A stretch of 64,000 nucleotides of DNA, from positions 71,401-135,400 of the forward strand of contig CAXBNF010000003.1 of the NCBI GenBank assembly GCA_963977065.1. Direction: 5' to 3'. The DNA comes from an uncultured Flavobacteriaceae bacterium (GTDB lineage: Bacteria; Bacteroidota; Bacteroidia; Flavobacteriales; Flavobacteriaceae). Below the pieces are notes generated by a model. That model was not told the DNA's origin. It did not search any database and saw nothing but the letters and a program-made list of their open reading frames with translations. Every line of letters starts with the position of its first letter. The first letter of the stretch is position 1. Positions 10,328 to 19,205 of the stretch are shown here, piece by piece. The position numbers were made by a program, and so were the translations under genes.

Positions 10328-10727
10328 TTCTATTGAACTCATAGAAATTTCAAAAATTTCTGACCCCGACGGTCGTGGGAATCTGTCAGTGATTGAAAAA
10401 GGAACCTTACCTTATGAGGTCAAACGGGTTTATTATTTATATGATGTGCCCAGTGATGCCACACGTGGCGGTCACGCACATCTTCAATTGCAACAGTGTC
10501 TGATTGCTCTTAGCGGAAGTTTTGATGTACTTCTTGATGACGGCAAAAATCGCACAAAAGTACATTTAAACAAACCCAATAGGGGATTGATTATACCCAG
10601 CGGAATTTGGCGTGAATTGGAAAATTTTTCTTCAGGAGCGGTTTGTCTTGCACTTGTTTCTGATATTTATAAAGAAGAAGACTACATAAGGGATTATAAA
10701 GATTTTGTAATTTATAAAACTAGGTAG
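10308..10727 (+). CDS. fdtA: WxcM/FdtA-type dTDP-4-keto-6-deoxyhexose 3,4-ketoisomerase (cupin)
   Basis: 139 aa with DPDGRGNLSVIE...VKRVYYLYDVP...RGGHAH. Overlaps the preceding GT gene by 20 nt. Confidence 0.75.
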   Translation: MQNQRIDSIELIEISKISDPDGRGNLSVIEKGTLPYEVKRVYYLYDVPSDATRGGHAHLQLQQCLIALSGSFDVLLDDGKNRTKVHLNKPNRGLIIPSGIWRELENFSSGAVCLALVSDIYKEEDYIRDYKDFVIYKTR

Positions 10728-10762
10728 ATTTTAGTTTTAATTAAAAAAAATCTATTTCCATA

Positions 10763-11692
10763 CTACTTAAATGCACTCAACCGAATCCCAAAACGCTCAA
10801 AAAAGTTTTTCAAACTGTATAAAAACCGGGTGCTTTTTGGTGAAAGCCGAAGTAAAAGACGTTGTTTTTTATTGAGATTCTTTAAATTTATTTTTTCAAA
10901 ATTGCGTTTAAAACCATCTCTGTCGTTAATTAACTTAGCATAAATGGCAAGCGAAAATCGGTTTAGATCAAGAAACTTTTTTAAAGGAGGGTTATCAGCT
11001 TCCAAATGACTATAATTTGAAAAATCTGCTTTATCATCTAAAGATTTTGCTGATCGAAACAGGCTATTTTCAATGATATAATAACTTGAACAAATACGAT
11101 TACTAAATACAACTTTATAGTTTAATCCAATGCGAATGTACAAATCGGTATCCTGTTCAATCTTTATGGAATGGTCATAATAACCAACCTTATCAAATAC
11201 TTCTTTTTTTAATACGGTACTCGAACTGTGAAGAATAGATGCCTGACTACTTGCTTTAAAATAATTTAAAAGGCCTTCTTCTTCAAAGTTTTTTGGAAGC
11301 GAGTATGGTTTGGGAAAGGATTTATTGTTTTTAATAATTTCCTGTGCTGTGGCAAAAACAGATTCGTCGGGATATTTTTCAATCAAACGATTTTGCTCTT
11401 CCAAATAGTGTGGAAACCAAAAATCATCAGCATCAAGCAATGCAATATAAGGGGCAGAAGCTTTTTTAATTGCAGCATTTCTACCTGCTGCTGCGCCTTG
11501 GTTTTCCTGAGAGAAATAGTGAATTCTTTTATCTTCAAATGAGTTGATGATTGCTGCACTGCCATCAGTTGAGCCGTCGTTGACGATGATGATTTCAAAG
11601 TCTGTAAAGGTTTGATTCAACACAGACTCTAAGGTTTTGCCAATGTGTTGCTCTTTATTGTAAACGGCTATGACGACTGAGAATTTGGGCAT
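10763..11692 (-). CDS. Glycosyltransferase family 2
   Basis: FSVVIAVYNKEQHIGKTLESVLNQTFTDFEIIIVNDGSTDGS and LLDADDFW. Confidence 0.9.
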   Translation of the reverse strand: MPKFSVVIAVYNKEQHIGKTLESVLNQTFTDFEIIIVNDGSTDGSAAIINSFEDKRIHYFSQENQGAAAGRNAAIKKASAPYIALLDADDFWFPHYLEEQNRLIEKYPDESVFATAQEIIKNNKSFPKPYSLPKNFEEEGLLNYFKASSQASILHSSSTVLKKEVFDKVGYYDHSIKIEQDTDLYIRIGLNYKVVFSNRICSSYYIIENSLFRSAKSLDDKADFSNYSHLEADNPPLKKFLDLNRFSLAIYAKLINDRDGFKRNFEKINLKNLNKKQRLLLRLSPKSTRFLYSLKNFFERFGIRLSAFK

Positions 11693-11703
11693 AATTTTTA
11701 TTC

Positions 11704-11733
11704 TCCCCCTATAAAACCTACAAGAGAGGGGGA
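11704..11733. repeat. GC-rich C5/G5 hairpin in the GT2-GT2 spacer
   Basis: TCCCCCT-16 nt-AGGGGGA, followed by TTTTT on the plus strand. Confidence 0.6.
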
Positions 11734-11736
11734 TTT

Positions 11737-12627
11737 TTAGAGGTTATTTTTTAATTGTGAAAAATAATACAAACGATACAAATCAAATAAAAATAAAGAA
11801 GGGGTTTTGCCTCTCAGATTTTTTTCAATTTGAGGTTTAAATAACTTAATGGTAAATATAAACAGATTCAAAAAATAATTTCGCTTTAAGCTCAAATAAG
11901 CATTTTGAATAGGTCGGTAATCTTTTGGAATCTTGTTTTCTTTTTCAAATAGATATAAAGACTTTAACCCTTTTTTGGTTTTTCTAATAAAGCTTTCGCT
12001 ACTTTCCAAACCAAGATGAACTATCGGGTTCATAAAGTGTAAAACAGCTACTTGCATTTTTTCCAGATTTTGAGCAAAAAGCACATCGACACCATACACA
12101 TTGTCGTGAAAATCATTGGCTTTTAAAAATACACTTTTTTTAATCAAAAAACACTGAGAAATGATTGAAAGATAGGGCATTTTTTCACGTTCTGAAACCG
12201 GTTTTGCTTCGCGTGCTTTCCCATATTTCCATCGAAGAATTTTCTCCTTATCCGGCTTTTTTTCATCATATGAAATTCCGCCGAAAACTACATCTGCGGT
12301 TTGGTTTTCTATGTCAAAATTTTGAATAAAATTGTTGCTTTTCGGAAGTACATCAGCATCCATAAAAAGCAGCCAATCAAACTGAGATTTTTCTGCAAGT
12401 GCTTGCCTGGTTGCGGTTCTGCCTTTGTTTTCTGTACTTTGAAAATAAAAACAGTTTGCAAATTTTTCAACGGATTTATTGGCTTCTGCTATTTCTGATA
12501 TTGAGGAACAATCATCAAGGACTAAAATTTCAAACTTATAAGGAGTGTTTTCCAATTGTTTAGAAAGAATTTCTACCAGACCTGTGATGTTGTAGTTGTA
12601 TGTAGGTATTAGTATAGAAAGCATCAT
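11737..12627 (-). CDS. Glycosyltransferase family 2
   Basis: LSILIPTYNYN...FEILVLDDCSS...LLFMDADV. Confidence 0.85.
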   Translation of the reverse strand: MMLSILIPTYNYNITGLVEILSKQLENTPYKFEILVLDDCSSISEIAEANKSVEKFANCFYFQSTENKGRTATRQALAEKSQFDWLLFMDADVLPKSNNFIQNFDIENQTADVVFGGISYDEKKPDKEKILRWKYGKAREAKPVSEREKMPYLSIISQCFLIKKSVFLKANDFHDNVYGVDVLFAQNLEKMQVAVLHFMNPIVHLGLESSESFIRKTKKGLKSLYLFEKENKIPKDYRPIQNAYLSLKRNYFLNLFIFTIKLFKPQIEKNLRGKTPSLFLFDLYRLYYFSQLKNNL

Positions 12628-12633
12628 TCTGGA

Positions 12634-13317
12634 TTAAACCGTCTTTTGCACGACTTCAAATATCTGGTTTTCATCACATTTGAGTGTTTTGGAAGGATAT
12701 TTAAGTAAGAGTGCATAATCGTGTGTGGCCATCAAAATGGTATTACCGTTTTTGTTGATTTCCTGCAAAACTTCCATCACTTCGACAGAAGTTTGTGGGT
12801 CGAGGTTACCCGTGGGTTCGTCAGCGAGAATGAGTTCGGGGTCGTTTAAAAGTGCGCGTGCAATCGCCACACGTTGTTGCTCACCACCCGAAAGCTGATA
12901 AGGAAACTTAAAGCCTTTGGTTTTCATAGCAACTTTATTCAAAACTTCTTCCACTTTATTGTCCATCGCTTTTTTATCTGTCCAACCGGTTGCTTTGAGC
13001 ACAAACAATAAGTTCTCATTGACAGTTCGGTCATTGAGTAATTTAAAATCCTGAAATACCACGCCCAGTTTTCTGCGTAAAAACGGTATGTCATTTTCCT
13101 TTAGTGTTTTTAAGTTAAAATCTACAATTTCTCCTTCACCTTCCATTAAGGGTATATCACCATAAAGCGTCTTCATAAAACTACTTTTACCGGTGCCGGT
13201 TTTACCAATGAGATAAACAAACTCTCCTTTTTCTACAGATACATTTACCTCAGAAAGGATTAAAGACTCCCGCTGAAAAATAGAGGCATTTTTTAAATAT
13301 AAAACAGGCTTTGACAT
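12634..13317 (-). CDS. ftsE: FtsE-like cell-division ABC ATPase
   Basis: Walker [10 protein letters not shown], signature LSGGEQQR, Walker [13 protein letters not shown]. The size (227 aa) is typical of FtsE. Confidence 0.8.
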   Translation of the reverse strand: MSKPVLYLKNASIFQRESLILSEVNVSVEKGEFVYLIGKTGTGKSSFMKTLYGDIPLMEGEGEIVDFNLKTLKENDIPFLRRKLGVVFQDFKLLNDRTVNENLLFVLKATGWTDKKAMDNKVEEVLNKVAMKTKGFKFPYQLSGGEQQRVAIARALLNDPELILADEPTGNLDPQTSVEVMEVLQEINKNGNTILMATHDYALLLKYPSKTLKCDENQIFEVVQKTV

Positions 13318-13472
13318 AGTGATGAGTAGCTTTACAGCGAAATTACAAGATATTTTCTTTATGAGAACGAAAAAGATTGGAAAATCATATGTGAGTATTA
13401 AGTTAAGTATTGAGTTGTGAGACTTGAATAGAAAAATTGAGTGTTAAAAATTTTAAATTTGAATTCTTTAAC

Positions 13473-15410
13473 TCATTCCCTGTTAATGTTCATTTTTCTT
13501 TGAGTTCTGTATAGGTTTGTTCTCACTGTGATTGTGACGGTTTCATTTACAATTTCCTGTAAAGGAATTTCTGCTATTTCTGTTTTCTTAAATGTCTTTT
13601 TGAATATTTCTTTATCTGTTTCAACAGTTACAATATAATCTGAGTCAATAACTCCCTCAATTGGCTTCACCTTTATTCCTTTAATAGAATTATCTGCTTT
13701 GATTTCATAAGGGGCATCATATTTTGGTGCATTAGAAATAGAATCGCGTTCTATTTTTGGGCGTTTTTTTGGAGGCTTTGGAAAGCATTCTTCTGTGGGT
13801 AAACTGGGGTCTATAGTTAATTTTACAAATCCATTTGCATCGGGTTTTAAAGTGGTTCCCGATTTTAAAAGTATACGCTTACGGGCTTTAAAGTCAACGG
13901 TTGTTGAATCTCTGAAGGTTTGGTTTGAGATGTTAATTTGATGGGGTGATGAGAATAATTTAAAATCAAAACGGTAAAAGTCTCTCCCTGATATATCTAC
14001 GATACCTTTGTCAAGCTGCATTTCGTGAGCCATTTTTACGGCTTTGTATGCATCAACTCTACCGGCACCCAATTGCATTTTAAAGGGCTCGTTACCCGGA
14101 AGGTTTTCAATATCTGCCGAACTCAGTTTAAGGATACTTTCGACCTCAGCACTTGCCAAACAGTAATTTGCAGACCAAATGAGTCCAATAACTCCGGTGA
14201 CAAACGCCGCTGAAGCTGAGGTCATACCCACAAACAGTTCATCCTCATAACCACATTCGGGTCTCCCCATATTAAAGGTTTCAGCCGGTGCAGAAATATC
14301 AACGGCTAGATTGTGCTGAGCACCATATTGAGCATTGAGGGGCGTAACTTCATCAAAATAACCATCCCTTTTCATTTTTAAGCGTCTAACGTGTGTGTCT
14401 TTGAGTTTATATGCGATTCTGCCATATTTTTCATCATTGATAATACAATCTTCATAATGACCACAATCCCCAAAAACCTTAGTCACAGAAATCACCCGTT
14501 TATATGAAGCCGGGTAGGCATAATTGGAGGCATAATCTCTTAAGTATTGGTTGCATTTTTTTGAATTTCCTGCGCTGGAAACAATTAAAATTCCCTCATC
14601 ATACCATTCATTGATGCGCTCTTGCACATTTTGATGATAAGCACCAAACCCGCAGAGTGCCCAACTTGTATTGATTACTTTTGCACCAGCATCAACAAGT
14701 TCCTGGATATATTCAAAACTACCATAACCATTTGCAATTAGGTCACAATCTGAGCAAATGCCTGGAATTCCAAAGCCATTGTCTGCTCTGGCTCCAATAA
14801 TTGATGCAATACCGGTGCCGTGATAACAAACTGTACCACCTGTTTTTTTGAAGTATTTCAAATAATTACTCACTCTTCCCATCAAATCGACATTTGTAGA
14901 ATCAATCCTGCCATCAGAAATTCCAATCACCACTTTTTTATCACCTCTTGTTATGCCCCAAGCGCCAGGCGCATTTATTAAATCAAGTCCTGTCATTGGG
15001 AAAGGTACTCCCAAATTCTCCACCGGGCTGGTGGTTCCATAATCATTGGGGTAATAGGCATTGGGTGCCGGGAAATATTGACCAATTCTAGTGTATTTTT
15101 CAGGCTGTTGATTTTGAAGTTGTCCTAAAAGAACATCGCTGTTTGTGGAAACTCGGTAAACATTTTTAAGGTTTTCTTTCAGGGTATTTGGGAAAGCAGG
15201 TTGAAATACATAAACGATATGTCTTGCAAAAATTTGATTTTCAGTCCTGTTCCTCGGGTTTTCAATTTTAAGGATGCCGTTGTTTTGTTTGGTAATTTTT
15301 AAAGACTCCGGATTTGAAATGGTCACATGATAGTGGTACAATTTATCTTGCTCTTGTCCAAAAAACATAAAACCAAACAACATAAAAACTAAAAGGATGC
15401 TTTTATTCAT
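13473..15410 (-). CDS. Secreted subtilisin-like serine peptidase (S8 family, atypical)
   Basis: ATG 15410 gives the signal MNKSILLVFMLFGFMFFGQ. Triad in D-H-S order: GISDGRID, YHGTGIASIIG, INTSWA (oxyanion Asn), GMTSASAAFVTG. The start overlaps the upstream stop (ATGAATAA). Confidence 0.75.
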   Translation of the reverse strand: MNKSILLVFMLFGFMFFGQEQDKLYHYHVTISNPESLKITKQNNGILKIENPRNRTENQIFARHIVYVFQPAFPNTLKENLKNVYRVSTNSDVLLGQLQNQQPEKYTRIGQYFPAPNAYYPNDYGTTSPVENLGVPFPMTGLDLINAPGAWGITRGDKKVVIGISDGRIDSTNVDLMGRVSNYLKYFKKTGGTVCYHGTGIASIIGARADNGFGIPGICSDCDLIANGYGSFEYIQELVDAGAKVINTSWALCGFGAYHQNVQERINEWYDEGILIVSSAGNSKKCNQYLRDYASNYAYPASYKRVISVTKVFGDCGHYEDCIINDEKYGRIAYKLKDTHVRRLKMKRDGYFDEVTPLNAQYGAQHNLAVDISAPAETFNMGRPECGYEDELFVGMTSASAAFVTGVIGLIWSANYCLASAEVESILKLSSADIENLPGNEPFKMQLGAGRVDAYKAVKMAHEMQLDKGIVDISGRDFYRFDFKLFSSPHQINISNQTFRDSTTVDFKARKRILLKSGTTLKPDANGFVKLTIDPSLPTEECFPKPPKKRPKIERDSISNAPKYDAPYEIKADNSIKGIKVKPIEGVIDSDYIVTVETDKEIFKKTFKKTEIAEIPLQEIVNETVTITVRTNLYRTQRKMNINRE

Positions 15411-15879
15411 GTTCCAGATTTTCAATTCTTTTTGAAAGTGCATCAATTTGTTTTTGTTGAGCGATGGTATGAAGCGTGAGTTCTTCTAATTTTTCAAGCA
15501 ACAACAAGTTCATTTCTTTTAAGGAGAGCCCCTTTTTATCAAACTCACCGGCTGAAGGTATTTTTGGCAAATGGTGGTTTTGCTCAATGAATTGCTCAAT
15601 TTCGTTTAACGAAAGAAACTCATAAGCCGGATTCAAAAGAGAGCTTCCCGTGAAGTATTTTTCAAATACATAGTCTGGTGCTACAGCTCCTTCAAGGTCA
15701 ACCACCACTTCCTGGGTGTGAATGGTTCCTTTTACTGTGAGCATGGCATCCGGAGTTTTTGTATTGATGCCTATATAGCCGTTTTGAGCCTCAGTGATAT
15801 TTTTATATGTCGATTGATTTTGGCTATAGCCAAAAGTAATCGCACAAAATACAAAGGTGATGAGAATGGAGTTTTTCAT
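15403..15879 (-). CDS. Small secreted protein with C-terminal coiled coil (function unknown)
   Basis: Signal MKNSILITFVFCAITFGYSQ. Motifs YIGINTKTPDAMLTVKG, APDYVFEKY, HLPKIPSAGE, and a heptad-rich tail LLLLEKLEELTLHTIAQQKQIDALSKRIENLE. Confidence 0.7.
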   Translation of the reverse strand: MKNSILITFVFCAITFGYSQNQSTYKNITEAQNGYIGINTKTPDAMLTVKGTIHTQEVVVDLEGAVAPDYVFEKYFTGSSLLNPAYEFLSLNEIEQFIEQNHHLPKIPSAGEFDKKGLSLKEMNLLLLEKLEELTLHTIAQQKQIDALSKRIENLEHE

Positions 15880-15895
15880 AAAAAAGAAGAGTATT

Positions 15896-15916
15896 TAAGA
15901 ATCAGTCTGATTATTA
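15896..15916. promoter_or_regulatory. 21-bp palindrome, candidate operator
   Basis: TAAGAATCAG-T-CTGATTATTA (9 of 10 arm matches, perfect core AATCAG-T-CTGATT), 17-37 nt upstream of the ATG at 15879. Confidence 0.4.
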
Positions 15917-16024
15917 GGTTTCTAAAAAACGAATCTACAACCGAAAAGCTCAATTTACAAAAATCATAAGCAACATTAACAAAATTCTCACGTTTAAAAT
16001 GAATAAAATAAATAGAGATTACAA

Positions 16025-16032
16025 TATCTTTG
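16025..16032 (+). promoter_or_regulatory. Candidate -7 promoter box TATCTTTG
   Basis: Matches TAnnTTTG, 22 nt upstream of ATG 16055. An identical box with near-identical spacing lies upstream of bshC. Confidence 0.45.
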
Positions 16033-16054
16033 GTCAACGATAAACCCACACACT

Positions 16055-19000
16055 ATGATTAAAAAGCACATCCTTTTACTTGGCTGTTTTTTTCTTTTTA
16101 CTATTTCTGTTTCTGCACAACAAACGGCGATTTATACTAATGATTTTGCTGCTTTTCAAAATGCATTAACACTCTACCAAAACAAGCAATACAGTGCAGC
16201 ACAATCCCAGTTTTTAAAAATTGAACGTGCCTCTAACAATGAGAGCATCAAAGCAGATTGTGCTTATTATGCTGCAAATGCTGCCATAAGAATGAACCAA
16301 CAGGGCGCTGAGCAAATGATGGAAGATTTTGTCGCAAATCATCCCACCAGCACAAAGAGAAACAATGCCTTTATGGAGGTGGGAACCTACTATTTTGAAA
16401 TAGGAAGATTTCCACAAGCGATGAAGTGGTTTGACAAAGTTGATGAGGGTAATTTAAGTTTCGCTGAACGCGAAAGCTTTTATTTTCAAAAAGGATATAC
16501 TTATTTTCAAAACAAACGCCCCACCGAAGCTCAAAAATACTTCAACCGCATTACGACCTCAAAAGAATATGGTGCACAGGCAAAATACTATTTGGGTTAT
16601 ATGGCATATGAAGGTGATGACTATCAAGAAGCAAGTCAATTTTTTGAAGGTGTTGCAGACGATGAACGATTGTCTGAAAACCTGTCTTACTTTCAGGCAG
16701 ATATGAATTTTAAATTGGGCAATTTTGAAGAAGCCATTCGTTTAGGAAAAGAACAGTATGGAAAATCAAATCCTCGCGAAAAATCAGAACTTTCAAAAAT
16801 CATAGGGGAGAGTTATTTTAACTTAGGACAATATGAAGCAGCTATTCCCTATTTGAGCGAATACAGGGGTGCCCGCGGGAGGTGGAACAACACTGATTAT
16901 TACCAGTTAGGCTATGCCTACTATATGCAAAAAGATTATGCAAAAGCCATTACAGAATTCAATAAAATCATCGACGGGCGTAATGCCGTTGCTCAAAATG
17001 CGTATTACCATCTGGGTGATTCATACCTCAAGCAAGACAAAAAGCAACAAGCACTAAACGCATTTAAAAATGCTTCTGAAATGAGTTTTAGTGCCCAGAT
17101 TCAGGAAGATGCTTTTTACAATTATGCCAAATTGAGTTATGAAATTGGTAATGCCTACACCTCTGTACCACAGGTACTCACTGCCTTTTTGGAGAAATAC
17201 CCGCAAACAAACAACAAAACCGAAATAGAAGACCTGTTAATCGATTCTTATATTTCCTCAAAAAACTACAAAGCCGCGCTGGAGTTACTGGAAAACAACA
17301 AAAATTTTGGAAACAAACTCGCTTATCAAAAGGTTGCTTTCCTCCGGGGATTGGAACTTTATCAAGAAAGAGACTATGCATTGGCAAAGCAGCATTTTGA
17401 AAAATCACTCAAGGAGCCCCGGGATGCCAAATACACAGCAAGAGCCACCTTTTGGAAAGCAGAAACCGATTTTCAATTAAATAATTTTGAGCAAGCTCTT
17501 ATTGGTTTCAGGCAGTTTCAGCAGCTTCCTGAAAATAGAAACACCCCCGAGGCAAAAAACAGCAACTACCATCTGGCTTACACTCAATTTAAAACCAAAA
17601 ACTACACAGAAGCCATTACTGCTTTCCAAAACTATTTATCCCAACCGGGTATTGACCCGGCCAGACAAAAAGATGCCAACCTGCGACTTGCAGACAGCTA
17701 TTTTGTAAGTAGTCAATACTGGCCGGCAATGGAAAGCTATAACAAAGTGATTGAAGCAGGTGGAGCAGAAGCAGATTATGCAGCTTTTCAAAAAGCCATC
17801 AGTTATGGGTTTGTCGATAGAACCGCTACCAAGCTGGAAGAACTCACCGCTTTTGACAGAAACTTTCCCAACTCAAGCTACCGCGATGTGGCGCTTTATG
17901 AATTGGGAAATACCCAACTGGCTCTCAATAAAAACAACGAAGCCATCGCCGCTTATGATAAACTCATAACCAATGTGCCTCGAAGTAGTTATGTACCAAA
18001 AGCATTACTAAAAAAAGGATTGATTTTAAACAATACAGAGCGACTTGAGCAGTCATTGACTGTTTTCAAAAAGGTAGCAAATGACTATCCCTCTTCGCCG
18101 GAAGCCATTCAGGCGGTGTCTTCTGCAAAGTTGATTTATATTGATTTGGGTAAAGTGGATGAATATGCACGTTGGGTTCAAACACTTGATTTTATTGATA
18201 TAGCAGATGCTGAACTCGATCAGGCTTCTTTCGCAGCAGCTGAAAACAGGTATTTACAAAATGACGCACAAGCTTTAGGACTTTTGGAAAAATACATCAA
18301 GGATTTCCCTAATGGAATCCATAGTTTACCTGCAAACTTTTACCTGGCCGAATTGTACTTTTCGGGGAACCAAAAAGACAAAGCAGTCACCAATTACACC
18401 TTTGTGATTTCCAGAGAACGGAATGAATTTACAGAACAAGCTTTGTCACGTGTTTCTCAAATTCACCTGGAACGAAATGATTTCGCGAAAGCGAAACCCC
18501 TTTTAGAACGATTGGAGAAAGAAGGCACCCGCGCCCAGAATATCATATTTGCGCAATCCAACTTGATGAAGGTTTATTATGAAGGCGAAAACTATCAACA
18601 GGCAGTGGTGTTTGCAGAAAAAGTTTTGAAAGATGCAAGCGCCGATCCCAGAGCCATAAACGATGCGCAAAGTATCATTGCCCGTTCTGCAATGAAAACC
18701 GGTGATGAAACCAAAGCCAAAAACGCCTATGCTGAAGTACAAAAAACAGCAAGTGGACAGTTGGCAGCAGAGGCATTGTACTATCAGGCTTATTTTGAAA
18801 ATAAATCAGGTGCGTTTCAACAATCCAATGCCACCGTGCAAAAACTGGCTAAAGATTTTTCAGGATATAAAATTTGGGGAGGAAAAGGACTTGTTGTAAT
18901 GGCTAAAAATTTCTACGCTCTAAAGGATGCTTTTCAAGCGACTTATATTTTGGAAAGTGTGATAGAAAATTTTGCCGATTTCCAAGAGATAGTTGAAGAA

Positions 19001-19075
19001 GCCCGCACAGAGCTCAACAAAATCAAAGCCGAAGAAGCCAAAACAAACGCCTCTGTGGAAGCGGGGGAGAATTAA
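16055..19075 (+). CDS. Large tetratricopeptide-repeat protein (secreted/periplasmic)
   Basis: 1006 aa with an N-terminal signal ending VSAQQ. Many degenerate TPR units are visible throughout (Y/F..A...Y/F...G.Y..A periodicity). Confidence 0.85.
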   Translation: MIKKHILLLGCFFLFTISVSAQQTAIYTNDFAAFQNALTLYQNKQYSAAQSQFLKIERASNNESIKADCAYYAANAAIRMNQQGAEQMMEDFVANHPTSTKRNNAFMEVGTYYFEIGRFPQAMKWFDKVDEGNLSFAERESFYFQKGYTYFQNKRPTEAQKYFNRITTSKEYGAQAKYYLGYMAYEGDDYQEASQFFEGVADDERLSENLSYFQADMNFKLGNFEEAIRLGKEQYGKSNPREKSELSKIIGESYFNLGQYEAAIPYLSEYRGARGRWNNTDYYQLGYAYYMQKDYAKAITEFNKIIDGRNAVAQNAYYHLGDSYLKQDKKQQALNAFKNASEMSFSAQIQEDAFYNYAKLSYEIGNAYTSVPQVLTAFLEKYPQTNNKTEIEDLLIDSYISSKNYKAALELLENNKNFGNKLAYQKVAFLRGLELYQERDYALAKQHFEKSLKEPRDAKYTARATFWKAETDFQLNNFEQALIGFRQFQQLPENRNTPEAKNSNYHLAYTQFKTKNYTEAITAFQNYLSQPGIDPARQKDANLRLADSYFVSSQYWPAMESYNKVIEAGGAEADYAAFQKAISYGFVDRTATKLEELTAFDRNFPNSSYRDVALYELGNTQLALNKNNEAIAAYDKLITNVPRSSYVPKALLKKGLILNNTERLEQSLTVFKKVANDYPSSPEAIQAVSSAKLIYIDLGKVDEYARWVQTLDFIDIADAELDQASFAAAENRYLQNDAQALGLLEKYIKDFPNGIHSLPANFYLAELYFSGNQKDKAVTNYTFVISRERNEFTEQALSRVSQIHLERNDFAKAKPLLERLEKEGTRAQNIIFAQSNLMKVYYEGENYQQAVVFAEKVLKDASADPRAINDAQSIIARSAMKTGDETKAKNAYAEVQKTASGQLAAEALYYQAYFENKSGAFQQSNATVQKLAKDFSGYKIWGGKGLVVMAKNFYALKDAFQATYILESVIENFADFQEIVEEARTELNKIKAEEAKTNASVEAGEN

Positions 19076-19138
19076 GGTTTCAAGTTTATGGTTTCTAGTT
19101 GGATACAAACTTTAACCTGAAACCAGAAACTTGACACG
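19076..19138 (+). other. Long imperfect hairpin immediately after the TPR gene stop
   Basis: Arms 19076-19096 and 19118-19138 pair as 7 + 8 (+2) bp around one internal mismatch. No T-run follows. Confidence 0.5.
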
Positions 19139-19154
19139 AGCGCAGCGAACTGTG
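19133..19154 (+). repeat. GC-rich box GACAC-GAGCGCAG-CGAACTGTG (copy 1)
   Basis: Shares the core GAGCGCAG(T)CGAA with 20958-20980. Confidence 0.55.
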
Positions 19155-19205
19155 CGAAGCAAAACAACAAACCAATAACAATTAACAATTAACGATATCA
19201 AGAAT

